Of a stretch of DNA of 26,463 bases, positions 1 through 8,885 are shown piece after piece. This stretch comes from an uncultured Rickettsiales bacterium (GTDB lineage: Bacteria; Pseudomonadota; Alphaproteobacteria; Rickettsiales; CAYGPX01). The first letter of the stretch is position 1. Each line of letters starts with the position of its first letter. Under the pieces are notes generated by a model, which saw only the letters and a list, made by a program, of their open reading frames with translations, did not search any database and had not been told where the DNA came from. The translations under genes were made by a program, and so were the position numbers. The stretch covers positions 1-26,463 of the forward strand of contig CAYGTX010000001.1 of NCBI GenBank assembly GCA_964352935.1, given 5' to 3'.

Positions 1-710
<710 letters not shown>

Positions 711-734
711 TTATAACTTCTGTGAACAATAATC

Positions 735-2036
735 TCAAGAAACATCGGATTTTAAAGGTAAAAAATACGATGAAAAATTGATTTTAACATCACGTGCTAG
801 AAAACCTATATGGGGAACCGCAATGACTTTTTCAAGTTGCTTAAGTGCGGGCAGGGCATAAAAGATTTCTTTAGGTAGTTTCTCGGTGTTCACATAGTCT
901 TTAATTTGTTGCCAACCTGATTGTTTTAAAGCACTTAATCGATAGTTTTCTTTATTATCTATATCACCAAGCGTGCAATGAAAGCGTCCGTCGAAGATGC
1001 ATTCATTTTGCGTCATCGTGCTATCTGCGTTTAAAGAATTCGTTTCGCGCATAATATAGATAAGGTGATTATCTCGTTTGTTGAGGCCACTTTGAATGAC
1101 ACACCCACCAAGTGTTAGTCGAGAGTTTGATTCATTTAATAAATCTAAGTGTAATCGTTCAATTTCATCAATACGTGGTGTTGCCGAGTAGCCATTGATG
1201 TGTTGAATGTTTTTTGAAACCAGCCTCAATGCTAATTCGAGATGCAAGGCTTGAAAGGCTTTTTTATCAATTGTTACAAAACCATAAGGGTGGCTATTCA
1301 CAAAATCATTCTCAAAAGATAATAATTGTTGTTGGATGAAATCATCCGCGCGCTGCATATGTTTTGCAGTACGATCAATATGTTTTAACACTTCATTCTT
1401 GCGGTCAATTGTGTTGATGAAGTTACGAATGATGACACGTAAAAAGCGGGTGTTTTCATTGGAAGGGTCGTTAATGAACGATTGCTTTAGCTGGTTTAAT
1501 GTTAAAAGAATATCTTCTTTGGTAAAGGAAAGAAGCGGACGTAACAGTGAGATATTACCAATTGTTGAGTGTGATTCCATCCCCTTTAAACCACTTACAC
1601 CACTACCTCTCATCATGCGAATGAGAAGAGTTTCGGCTTGATCTTGTAAGTGATGGGCTAGAAGCACATGCTTGATGTGTTGCTGTTGGCAGAATTGCTG
1701 AATCAACTGATAGCGAATTTCTCGCGCTTGGGATTGAATATTGCTAGAGGGTTTTTTGCCTTTCCAATCTAGCGTGTAGTGCTCACATTGGAGTTGTTTG
1801 CACCAGTTTTTAACAGATGCGGCTTCGTCTTTGGCTTCTTTACGTAAACCATGATTCACCGTGACAGCAATCAGTGAGTGGTTGTTCTCTTGGCACCAGC
1901 GTTGTGCAAGCATGAGTAAGCACATGCTATCAGCCCCACCAGATACTGCGATGCATAGGCGTGATTCAGCTTTTAGCTGAATCGCATTCATAATGTTTGA
2001 GAATTGCTGGTTTGAAATAGGTGCTGCCATAGGCAT
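735..2036 (-). CDS. tilS: tRNA(Ile)-lysidine synthetase
   Basis: PP-loop AVSGGADS, HHLQDQAET, RPLL and DPSN motifs; tilS-ftsH order. Start may be 2030. Confidence 0.96.
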   Translation of the reverse strand: MPMAAPISNQQFSNIMNAIQLKAESRLCIAVSGGADSMCLLMLAQRWCQENNHSLIAVTVNHGLRKEAKDEAASVKNWCKQLQCEHYTLDWKGKKPSSNIQSQAREIRYQLIQQFCQQQHIKHVLLAHHLQDQAETLLIRMMRGSGVSGLKGMESHSTIGNISLLRPLLSFTKEDILLTLNQLKQSFINDPSNENTRFLRVIIRNFINTIDRKNEVLKHIDRTAKHMQRADDFIQQQLLSFENDFVNSHPYGFVTIDKKAFQALHLELALRLVSKNIQHINGYSATPRIDEIERLHLDLLNESNSRLTLGGCVIQSGLNKRDNHLIYIMRETNSLNADSTMTQNECIFDGRFHCTLGDIDNKENYRLSALKQSGWQQIKDYVNTEKLPKEIFYALPALKQLEKVIAVPHIGFLARDVKINFSSYFLPLKSDVS

Positions 2037-2042
2037 TCAATA

Positions 2043-2954
2043 CTAACAGCCTAAACGTTGGCGTTCATTATCTAATTTACCTTTTAGCTCAGCATTTTTA
2101 GGGAATTCGTTCTCAGCCTTGGTAAAAGTGGTGCATGCTTCTGATTTCTTTTCTAGGCTGCCAAGTACTCCACCAAGCTGAAGCAGGCTTTCACCAGCTT
2201 TATCACCTTTGGGCTCAGACTGATATGCTTTGAGGAATGAAATAGCGGCGTTTTCATATTTTTCTTGGATGTTGAACAGCTCACCTTGCCAAAAATGCGC
2301 TTCAGGTAAAAACTCACTTTCTTTAAACTTGGTTACAAAGGTTTGAAGTTTGATAGATGCTTGGTCATATTGTGCCTGCTCTAATAATTTTTTAGCCTCT
2401 TTAAAGGCTAATTCATCGGCATTTTCGGGCGATTCTGTTTTATCTTCAGTAGCCTGTTCTTTGCTGGTTAAATCAATCGGTGCATCACTATCTGGCGTGT
2501 TGAACTGGCGAACCATATTTGGTTTTGTGCCATCAGTAGGAGTGCTTTGTTGTTCTAATTGCTGAAAGCGCGACGTCATTTCGGCAATCGATGCATCAAG
2601 TTTCTTTTCAAGTGAAGTGAGTTGGTGTTGTGTTTTTTCCAACATACCATTCATTTTTCTAAGCTGCGCTTCGGTTTCACTCAGCTGCACTTCTACTTGT
2701 GAAGAAATGTCACCACGCGGAAGATTGGATTTTACAAAGCTTTGATTGGTCTGGTTCTTGTAAAACTCTTTCTGCATCAATGCTAAGTCGCCTCTAAGGC
2801 GATTTACCTCGTGCTGTAATTGTTGCGTTATTCTTGCATCTTTTGAGTCTACATCCATTGTTTGAGATATAGCTGGATAGCAAGCTAAAGCCATTAAAAC
2901 TGATAATGTTGAGAGTAAAATATATGTTTTCTTCAAGTGGTAAACGAAGCGCAT
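2043..2954 (-). CDS. cpoB: Tol-Pal-associated TPR protein CpoB/YbgF
   Basis: Signal peptide, coiled coil, C-terminal TPR (EAHFWQGE...AAISFLKAYQ...KAGESLLQLG...EACTTF); directly after pal. Confidence 0.9.
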   Translation of the reverse strand: MRFVYHLKKTYILLSTLSVLMALACYPAISQTMDVDSKDARITQQLQHEVNRLRGDLALMQKEFYKNQTNQSFVKSNLPRGDISSQVEVQLSETEAQLRKMNGMLEKTQHQLTSLEKKLDASIAEMTSRFQQLEQQSTPTDGTKPNMVRQFNTPDSDAPIDLTSKEQATEDKTESPENADELAFKEAKKLLEQAQYDQASIKLQTFVTKFKESEFLPEAHFWQGELFNIQEKYENAAISFLKAYQSEPKGDKAGESLLQLGGVLGSLEKKSEACTTFTKAENEFPKNAELKGKLDNERQRLGC

Positions 2955-2978
2955 GTCATGCCTGTATATTTAGTAAAA

Positions 2979-3012
2979 AATAAGCCCGAGAGTAAATGCT
3001 CTCGGGCTTATT
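2979..3012 (-). terminator. Intrinsic terminator after pal
   Basis: Perfect 14-bp inverted repeat AATAAGCCCGAGAG-N6-CTCTCGGGCTTATT followed by a U-run on the minus strand. Confidence 0.8.
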
Positions 3013-3034
3013 ATACTAATTCTGAAGTAACTGT

Positions 3035-3541
3035 CTATCTATCAAGTAGAATTGTTACAGAACGACGGTTTTGAGCATAAGCATATGGTGTTGAACCAAC
3101 AACAGCAGGACGCTCTTTGCCATAGCTAATGGTACTTAAGCGATTAGCTGAAACGCCCGCAGCAACAAGGTAGTTTTTCGCAGCATTTGCACGGCGCGAA
3201 CCAAGTGCTAAGTTATACTCACGTGTACCACGCTCATCTGCATGACCAGCAATACGCGCTTTAACATTGCGGTTTGCTTTTAAGTAAGCCGCTTGTTTAT
3301 CAAGTGTTGCTTGAGCGCGAGATGAAAGAAGAGAGCTATCAAAAGAGAAGAATACGCGATCGTCAGCGCGTGCACCAGAGCTGTCACCAGGAATTGGAGC
3401 GAACGTTTTTAAGCCACGGCTTTTAACGCTGTAAGAATCTGCGGCGCTATCGGTTCCATCACCATTCATGTTGTTATCCATTCCTGCACATGCAGCGAGC
3501 ATAAATAACGCAGAAAAAGCAGCTAATAATTTAGTTTTCAT
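3035..3541 (-). CDS. pal: Peptidoglycan-associated lipoprotein
   Basis: Lipobox LAAC; OmpA-like motif GHADERGTREYNLALGSRRA; after tolB. Confidence 0.97.
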   Translation of the reverse strand: MKTKLLAAFSALFMLAACAGMDNNMNGDGTDSAADSYSVKSRGLKTFAPIPGDSSGARADDRVFFSFDSSLLSSRAQATLDKQAAYLKANRNVKARIAGHADERGTREYNLALGSRRANAAKNYLVAAGVSANRLSTISYGKERPAVVGSTPYAYAQNRRSVTILLDR

Positions 3542-3753
3542 TTTTCGTCCTCTTTGATAATAGCTAAAATAATCTTGTTAATTTTATAATGAAGTTTGTG
3601 ATTAAGAGTCCATTAGGAAAACGTAATCACCTGCAATCACCAAATTCATATTAATCTAGTCCCACGTAGATTCAAGCTCTAGCACAGTCATTTAACGGTT
3701 TTAAATAGTGCAGGCAGTATATTTTTTTGTTTCGTTGTATTTTGGCAACAATA

Positions 3754-5085
3754 TTACAGGCGAGGAGACCAAGCAGGATCAGATGCTTCAACTGGTGTAG
3801 GTACTTGTCGCAAATTATAACCCGTTAAATCGATTGAGTAGATGTAGCTGGTGCCATTGCTAAAACGAGTGGTGGGTGTTTGGCGTGTAAAAATGATAAC
3901 ACGACCATTAGGTGACCATGTTGGGCTTTCATCTAAAAAGCTCTCCGTTAATAAGCGTTCGCCACTGCCATCGGGGCGCATCACGCCAATATAGAATTTA
4001 CCACCATACATTTTAGTAAATGCGATAAGGTCTCCGCGTGGTGACCATACGGGTGTACCATAGCGTCCATCACCAAAGCTGATGCGCTTTACGTTTCTAC
4101 CATTACTATCCATCGTATAGAGTTGCTGCGATCCACCTCTATCGGAGTTAAAGACGATTTGCTCTGCATCCGCTGAATAGCTAGGGGATGTATCAATGGC
4201 GGGGTTTTGTGTCAGTTGAGTGGTGCGACGTGTGCGTAAGTGATAATTAACAATCTCACTATCTCCGTTAATTTCAACTGCCATAATGACCGATTGCCCG
4301 TCAGGAGCAAAGCGAGGTGCGTATGACATGTCTGGGAAGTCACCTACAACCATGTTCTTTCCCGTATCAATATTGCGCAGATGTACTTGCGGGATGCCAT
4401 TGGCATAGGACATATAAATAATTTCTTGGGCATTGGGTGAAAAACGCGGTGTTAGCACAAGGTGTTTGCCGTCAGTGAGATAGCGTTGGTTTGCGCTGTC
4501 TTGATCCATAATAGCAAGGCGTTTAACGCGCTTATCTAGAGGCCCTGTTTCTGCAATATAAACGATGCGAGAATCAAAATAGCCTTCTTCACCTGTGAGA
4601 CGGGTATATATTTCATCCGCTATGAGGTGCGATACACGCCGCCAATTTTTAGGGTTGGTGGTGAATGCCTTTCCAGCAATTTGTTGTTCTGCAAAAACGT
4701 CCCATAGTCTAAATTCCACATCCATTTCAGTCGGTGTTTTGCCAATTACTCCTCCTGTCATTAAACCTGCTGCATCAATACGACGCCAATTGCCAAATAC
4801 AGGAATGGTAAAGTTGCTTTGTATTTCTTGTAAGAATGCATTTTCAGGGATAGGTCTAAATAATCCTGTGCGCTCTAAATCGGCAGCAATAACGTCACTA
4901 ATATCTTTGCCTGCTGCACTGTCTTGTTCACTTACACCAGGAAGACTGGGTAGTGCAATCGGAAGTGGGTCTGCATTGCCGCGGGTGATATCTATTTCAA
5001 TGATAGCATGCGAAGCGATGGGTAGCGCAGCGCCCATGAAAAAGCCAAGTAAAAGAGTTTTTAATTTAAGGCTAGAAGATGTCAT
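3754..5085 (-). CDS. tolB: Tol-Pal beta-propeller protein TolB
   Basis: [17 protein letters not shown]-terminus, [24 protein letters not shown], repeated PxWSPxG blades, C-terminal SDPAWSP. Confidence 0.97.
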   Translation of the reverse strand: MTSSSLKLKTLLLGFFMGAALPIASHAIIEIDITRGNADPLPIALPSLPGVSEQDSAAGKDISDVIAADLERTGLFRPIPENAFLQEIQSNFTIPVFGNWRRIDAAGLMTGGVIGKTPTEMDVEFRLWDVFAEQQIAGKAFTTNPKNWRRVSHLIADEIYTRLTGEEGYFDSRIVYIAETGPLDKRVKRLAIMDQDSANQRYLTDGKHLVLTPRFSPNAQEIIYMSYANGIPQVHLRNIDTGKNMVVGDFPDMSYAPRFAPDGQSVIMAVEINGDSEIVNYHLRTRRTTQLTQNPAIDTSPSYSADAEQIVFNSDRGGSQQLYTMDSNGRNVKRISFGDGRYGTPVWSPRGDLIAFTKMYGGKFYIGVMRPDGSGERLLTESFLDESPTWSPNGRVIIFTRQTPTTRFSNGTSYIYSIDLTGYNLRQVPTPVEASDPAWSPRL

Positions 5086-5138
5086 TATTATTTATCCAAT
5101 CAATCTAAATTACTTATTTATTATGATATGAGAGTCAT

Positions 5139-6500
5139 TTATGCAATATGAATCGATTTAACATTCACAAATTCGCGAATGCCATGTTTTGATAGTTCCC
5201 TACCATAGCCGCTTTCTTTAATACCACCAAATGGTACGCGCGGATCAGATTTTACAAAGTCGTTTACAAAACATGCGCCAGCATGAAGCTGTTCTTTGGC
5301 AAGCTTCTTTCCGTGTTTTGTGTTCTGTGTGAAAATTGCGCTGCCCAGACCAAAGCTTGTATCGTTTGCAATGCGGATGGCGTCGGCTTCATCTTTTGCA
5401 CGTATAACGGTGGCGACTGGGCCAAACATTTCTTCAGAATAAGCGGGGCAATCTTTATCTACATTCACCAAAATAGTGGGTGGATAAAATGCACCAACTC
5501 CAAAAGGTATTGTGCCGCCTAAAGTGCATTTTGCGCCTGCTTTGATGGATGCCTCTACTTGCTGATGCAATTGGTCACGTAGCTCTATGGTGGCTTGCGG
5601 GCCAATATTTATGCCGTCTTCAAGAGGGTTGCCTGTGGTGACTTTTTTCATTTCAGTGGTAAAAGAATCTAAAAAACTGTCGTAAATTTTATCGAACACA
5701 ATCATGCGTTTGGCGGCGATACAGCTTTGCCCAGCATTTAACATTCTGCTTTGAACGCATAATTTAGCGGCTTGCTCAATATCTGCATCTTCTAAGATGA
5801 TGTAAGGGTCACTTCCTCCCAACTCCAATACAGATTTTTTGAGTGCTTCGCCTGCTGTTTTGGCAACAGATTTCCCTGCTTCGGTACTGCCAGTTAAGGT
5901 GACTGCTTGTACTAGGGGGTGTTGAATGAGATGTTTGGTGTCTGCGCCTTTGATTAGTATACTATTGAAAAGATGCTCTGGTGCGCCAGAAGCATTAAAG
6001 ATTTCTTCAATCTCTAATGCGCAGCCACACACGTTAGAGGCGTGTTTGAGAATAGCGCTATTGCCTGCCATAATGGTGGGAGCGGCAAAACGAAATACCT
6101 GCCAAAAAGGAAAATTCCACGGCATAATAGCTAGAATCACACCTAGCGGCTGGTAGGTGATAAAACTTTCGCCACTATCAAGTTGAACGGTTTCATCGGC
6201 TAAAAATTCTGCGCCATGCTCTGCATAATAACGGCAGACGGATGCGCATTTTTCAATTTCACTAATGCCTTCTTTAACGACCTTGCCCATTTCATTGGCC
6301 ATTAGCTCAGCATAGCGTTCTTTGTTTGTTTCGAGTGTTTGAGCAACATTGTTGAGTAGTGTTGCGCGTGCTGCAAAGTCAGTTTTACGCCAGTTTAAAA
6401 AGGCAGAATGGGCTTGTTCTATGATGTGCACAGCATCTTTAGCTGAGTGCGCTTCAAAGTGACCAATGATTTCTTCCGTAGCTGGATTTATGGACTGCAT
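5139..6500 (-). CDS. gabD: NAD(P)-dependent aldehyde dehydrogenase, succinate-semialdehyde dehydrogenase (Sad/GabD-like)
   Basis: IMPWNFPFWQVFRF, TLTGSTEAG, LELGGSDP, NAGQSC, EEMFGPV, PFGGIKESGYGRELS. Substrate is inferred from the family only. Confidence 0.8.
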   Translation of the reverse strand: MQSINPATEEIIGHFEAHSAKDAVHIIEQAHSAFLNWRKTDFAARATLLNNVAQTLETNKERYAELMANEMGKVVKEGISEIEKCASVCRYYAEHGAEFLADETVQLDSGESFITYQPLGVILAIMPWNFPFWQVFRFAAPTIMAGNSAILKHASNVCGCALEIEEIFNASGAPEHLFNSILIKGADTKHLIQHPLVQAVTLTGSTEAGKSVAKTAGEALKKSVLELGGSDPYIILEDADIEQAAKLCVQSRMLNAGQSCIAAKRMIVFDKIYDSFLDSFTTEMKKVTTGNPLEDGINIGPQATIELRDQLHQQVEASIKAGAKCTLGGTIPFGVGAFYPPTILVNVDKDCPAYSEEMFGPVATVIRAKDEADAIRIANDTSFGLGSAIFTQNTKHGKKLAKEQLHAGACFVNDFVKSDPRVPFGGIKESGYGRELSKHGIREFVNVKSIHIA

Positions 6501-6531
6501 AAAGTTGATACCAATTTTCCATTACTGGAAA

Positions 6532-7470
6532 TTAATTGGCTTCCAGCTCCGCCATTAACTCTGTCCATTCGCGCTTACTCATGCCAGACTCTTCTTGCGT
6601 CACTTTTTCGCCTTTTAGCATTTTGCGAACAACCTCTATCCCTTTTCCTGACACAGAGACACTATTAGCACGATGATCCATAAACGCGCTATAAGCAATT
6701 GGCACCCATTTTTTTACCACATCAAGCATGGCTTCTGCAAATACACGGATTTCATATTGTGCGTGGCTGTCAGCTCTTAGGTGAAGGAAGTGAAGTAAGT
6801 TGTGCAAATCAATCTTCCAATACCATTGTGTGTAGATGTTGATTGGTAGATTCATGCGTGCAAGCTCGCGTGCGATGCCTTGACGCTCAGCATTGATCAC
6901 ATTGCCTTGTTGGTCTTCATTCATGAGTTCTTGGTAGTGATTATAGCATTGCTCAGAATCGTTTTTGAGAATTTCAATGACTCGTGCCGCTTCTTCTTCG
7001 CTAAGCTTTGTTTCTCCGCGCCCTTGATGGTTGGCGGTTGATTGAGCAGCTAGCTCTTCTATTTTTGGAATGTAAAACTCTTTATCTAGAACCGAGTAAC
7101 GTGCAGAATACTCATTGACGTTAGCAGTGCGGTGACGAATCCACTGGCGTGCCACAAAAATAGGCATTTTGAGGTGAAATTTAATTTCGCACATTTCAAA
7201 TGGCGTGGTGTGGCGATGACGCATCAAGTAGCTTATAAGCCCTGCATCTTGGTTTACCTGCTTAGTGCCTTTACCATATGAAACGCGAGCGGCTTGAACG
7301 ATGGCATTATCATTGCCCATATAGTCAACTACTCTTACAAAGCCATGATCTAATACAGGAATAGGCTCATATAAAATCTCATCTAGCGCAGCGACAGAAG
7401 GTCTTAATGTTGAGCTTCTTTCGCTTTGCAGTTCTTTGATTTCCTGTTTTTGTAGATCGTTAATCGGCAT
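6532..7470 (-). CDS. thyX: FAD-dependent thymidylate synthase
   Basis: ThyX signature [46 protein letters not shown]. Confidence 0.98.
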   Translation of the reverse strand: MPINDLQKQEIKELQSERSSTLRPSVAALDEILYEPIPVLDHGFVRVVDYMGNDNAIVQAARVSYGKGTKQVNQDAGLISYLMRHRHTTPFEMCEIKFHLKMPIFVARQWIRHRTANVNEYSARYSVLDKEFYIPKIEELAAQSTANHQGRGETKLSEEEAARVIEILKNDSEQCYNHYQELMNEDQQGNVINAERQGIARELARMNLPINIYTQWYWKIDLHNLLHFLHLRADSHAQYEIRVFAEAMLDVVKKWVPIAYSAFMDHRANSVSVSGKGIEVVRKMLKGEKVTQEESGMSKREWTELMAELEAN

Positions 7471-7686
7471 TGCTTGCGTCTCCTTATCTTTAATGGTTGC
7501 GCCTGTAAAAAAACTATTAGTTTTTACATGTTACTCCGCTTTGCGGGTTCATGGCTGGCTCAGATTTCTATCCTAGCTGCATGCGCTTGATATATTATGT
7601 AATTAAGCATAGCTAAAAAAACGAGACCCGCTACAAAAAACATTAGGTGATGCTATATTTTTCGCTAAAAGCATAACGAATCGCAT

Positions 7687-7715
7687 TTGCTTTATTGCTG
7701 TATGCTTGCTATAAT
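7687..7715 (+). promoter_or_regulatory. Sigma70-type promoter of ssrA
   Basis: TTGCTT (7687-7692)-N17-TATAAT (7710-7715) with extended -10 TG; predicted start about 7721-7722. Confidence 0.75.
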
Positions 7716-7721
7716 TAAAGA

Positions 7722-8050
7722 GTCTTTTAAAGACTATGGTAATAAATGGTGGTTTGGAATAAGCGAAATGGACCCGGGGGCGGTACCCGGCACCTCCACC
7801 AAGTAAATCCTTATAATTAGCTTAACGCGTTATAGGTTGTTTATTTGGTGGGGGTGAAACAGGATCGACATGCGTAATAAAGAAGCTATTTTTGCCCGGT
7901 ATGATATCGCCGTGATGAATCATATAAAGTAAATGCTAACGACAACTTCGTAGCTGCTAATGACAACTTTGAAGTGGAAGCTCAGGCTTTAGCTGCATAA
8001 CATGTCATTGACGCGGACCGAGGGGCGCCGGGCAACAGAATGCCCCTCAC
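7722..8050 (+). ncRNA. ssrA: Circularly permuted two-piece tmRNA: acceptor piece ~7722-7801, intervening segment 7802-7849, coding piece 7850-~8050
   Basis: GACCCGGGGGCGGTACCCGGCACCTCCACCA (T-arm plus CCA) precedes GGGGGTGAAACAGGATCGAC. GGGGGTG pairs with CACCTCC, including the G3:U70 alanine identity pair. A tag frame follows. Outer ends are approximate. Confidence 0.95.
7935..8000 (+). other. tmRNA tag reading frame ANDNFVAANDNFEVEAQALAA*
   Basis: Resume codon GCT after ATAAAGTAAAT; 21 codons plus TAA; ends in ALAA. Confidence 0.92.
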
Positions 8051-8064
8051 TAAATATTTTTCTT

Positions 8065-8094
8065 AAAGCGCTGCATAAAAAGCGCTTTGTTTTT
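8065..8094 (+). terminator. Likely intrinsic terminator after ssrA
   Basis: AAAGCGCT-N8-AGCGCTTT followed by GTTTTT. Confidence 0.6.
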
Positions 8095-8170
8095 ACTTGA
8101 ATCTCTGGTTAGAACCATTTATCAACAAGCAAGTGATGGCTGGAGCTGAAATAAAATAATTGGATGTTGC

Positions 8171-8719
8171 ATGAGTGAAGAATTTATAGATTATGGGCAA
8201 TTAATTGACGATGCAATGCATATTATTGTGCAAAAAGCATTGGTAAGAGTTGAAAAAGAAGGACTTCCAGGAAGTCATCACTTCTTCATTTCTTTTCTTA
8301 CGGAATATCCAGGTGTAGAAATTTCGCCAGCGCTACGTAAGAAATATCCAGAAGAAATGACCATTGTACTGCAATATCAGTTTGATGGCTTGACTGTAAA
8401 TGAAAAAGGTTTTTCGGTTTCACTTAGCTTTGATAATGTGAAAGAAAAAGTGGTGGTGCCGTTTACTGCTCTCACCGCATTCGCTGATCCAAGTGTGAAG
8501 TTTGGACTGCAGTTCCGCCATGTTGATCTTGAAGATGAGCTTAGTGATGAAGAGCTTGAGGCTTTGGGAGATTTAGAAGAGTTGAGCCCGCCAGAGCCTG
8601 CCAAAGGTCAAAATAATGTTTCAGAGCCTAAGAAGTCAGCTGCAAAAAAAACAAAGAAGAAAAAAGCGTCTGAAGATGATGATAACATCGTTAGCTTAGA
8701 TTCATTTCGTAAAAAATAA
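8171..8719 (+). CDS. sspB: ClpXP adaptor SspB (alphaproteobacterial type)
   Basis: GLPGSHHFFISFLT, YPEEMTIVLQYQF, LSFDNVKE, VPFTALTAFADPSVKFGLQF, and the C-terminal ClpX-binding tail IVSLDSFRKK. Confidence 0.95.
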   Translation: MSEEFIDYGQLIDDAMHIIVQKALVRVEKEGLPGSHHFFISFLTEYPGVEISPALRKKYPEEMTIVLQYQFDGLTVNEKGFSVSLSFDNVKEKVVVPFTALTAFADPSVKFGLQFRHVDLEDELSDEELEALGDLEELSPPEPAKGQNNVSEPKKSAAKKTKKKKASEDDDNIVSLDSFRKK

Positions 8720-8885
8720 GCGCTTTTCATGCGTTGATTGGCGCTACATAGGGCTTTTATAACACTAAGTTGCTTGGTTATTTAAGCAAATATAGCCAAA
8801 AAGCTTTTTCTTTGCTAAGATGTGAGGGCTGTTAAGAATTAATTTTAACAATGAGTGTTATTATAGGGCAGGGAGCTCGTAACCA

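Noticed and set aside
3602-3616. CtrA-like TTAA-N7-TTAG upstream of pal
   Set aside because: One mismatch in a short AT-only motif; expected by chance at this composition.
4595-5131. Plus-strand 178-aa ORF, and similar antisense ORFs over tilS, cpoB, gabD, sspB, the ATPase, carB and FTR1
   Set aside because: Each overlaps a well-supported gene on the opposite strand and shows no recognisable motif.
7501-7560. Hairpins upstream of thyX, with a loose similarity to 17142-17172
   Set aside because: Short, bulged, A/T-run-driven matches that fit no RNA family I recognise.
7552-7620. Resemblance to a SAM-II riboswitch (GATTT...TGCATGCGCTTGATA...AGCTAAAAA)
   Set aside because: The P1 pairing is not satisfied, and it points toward the ssrA promoter rather than a methionine/SAM gene.
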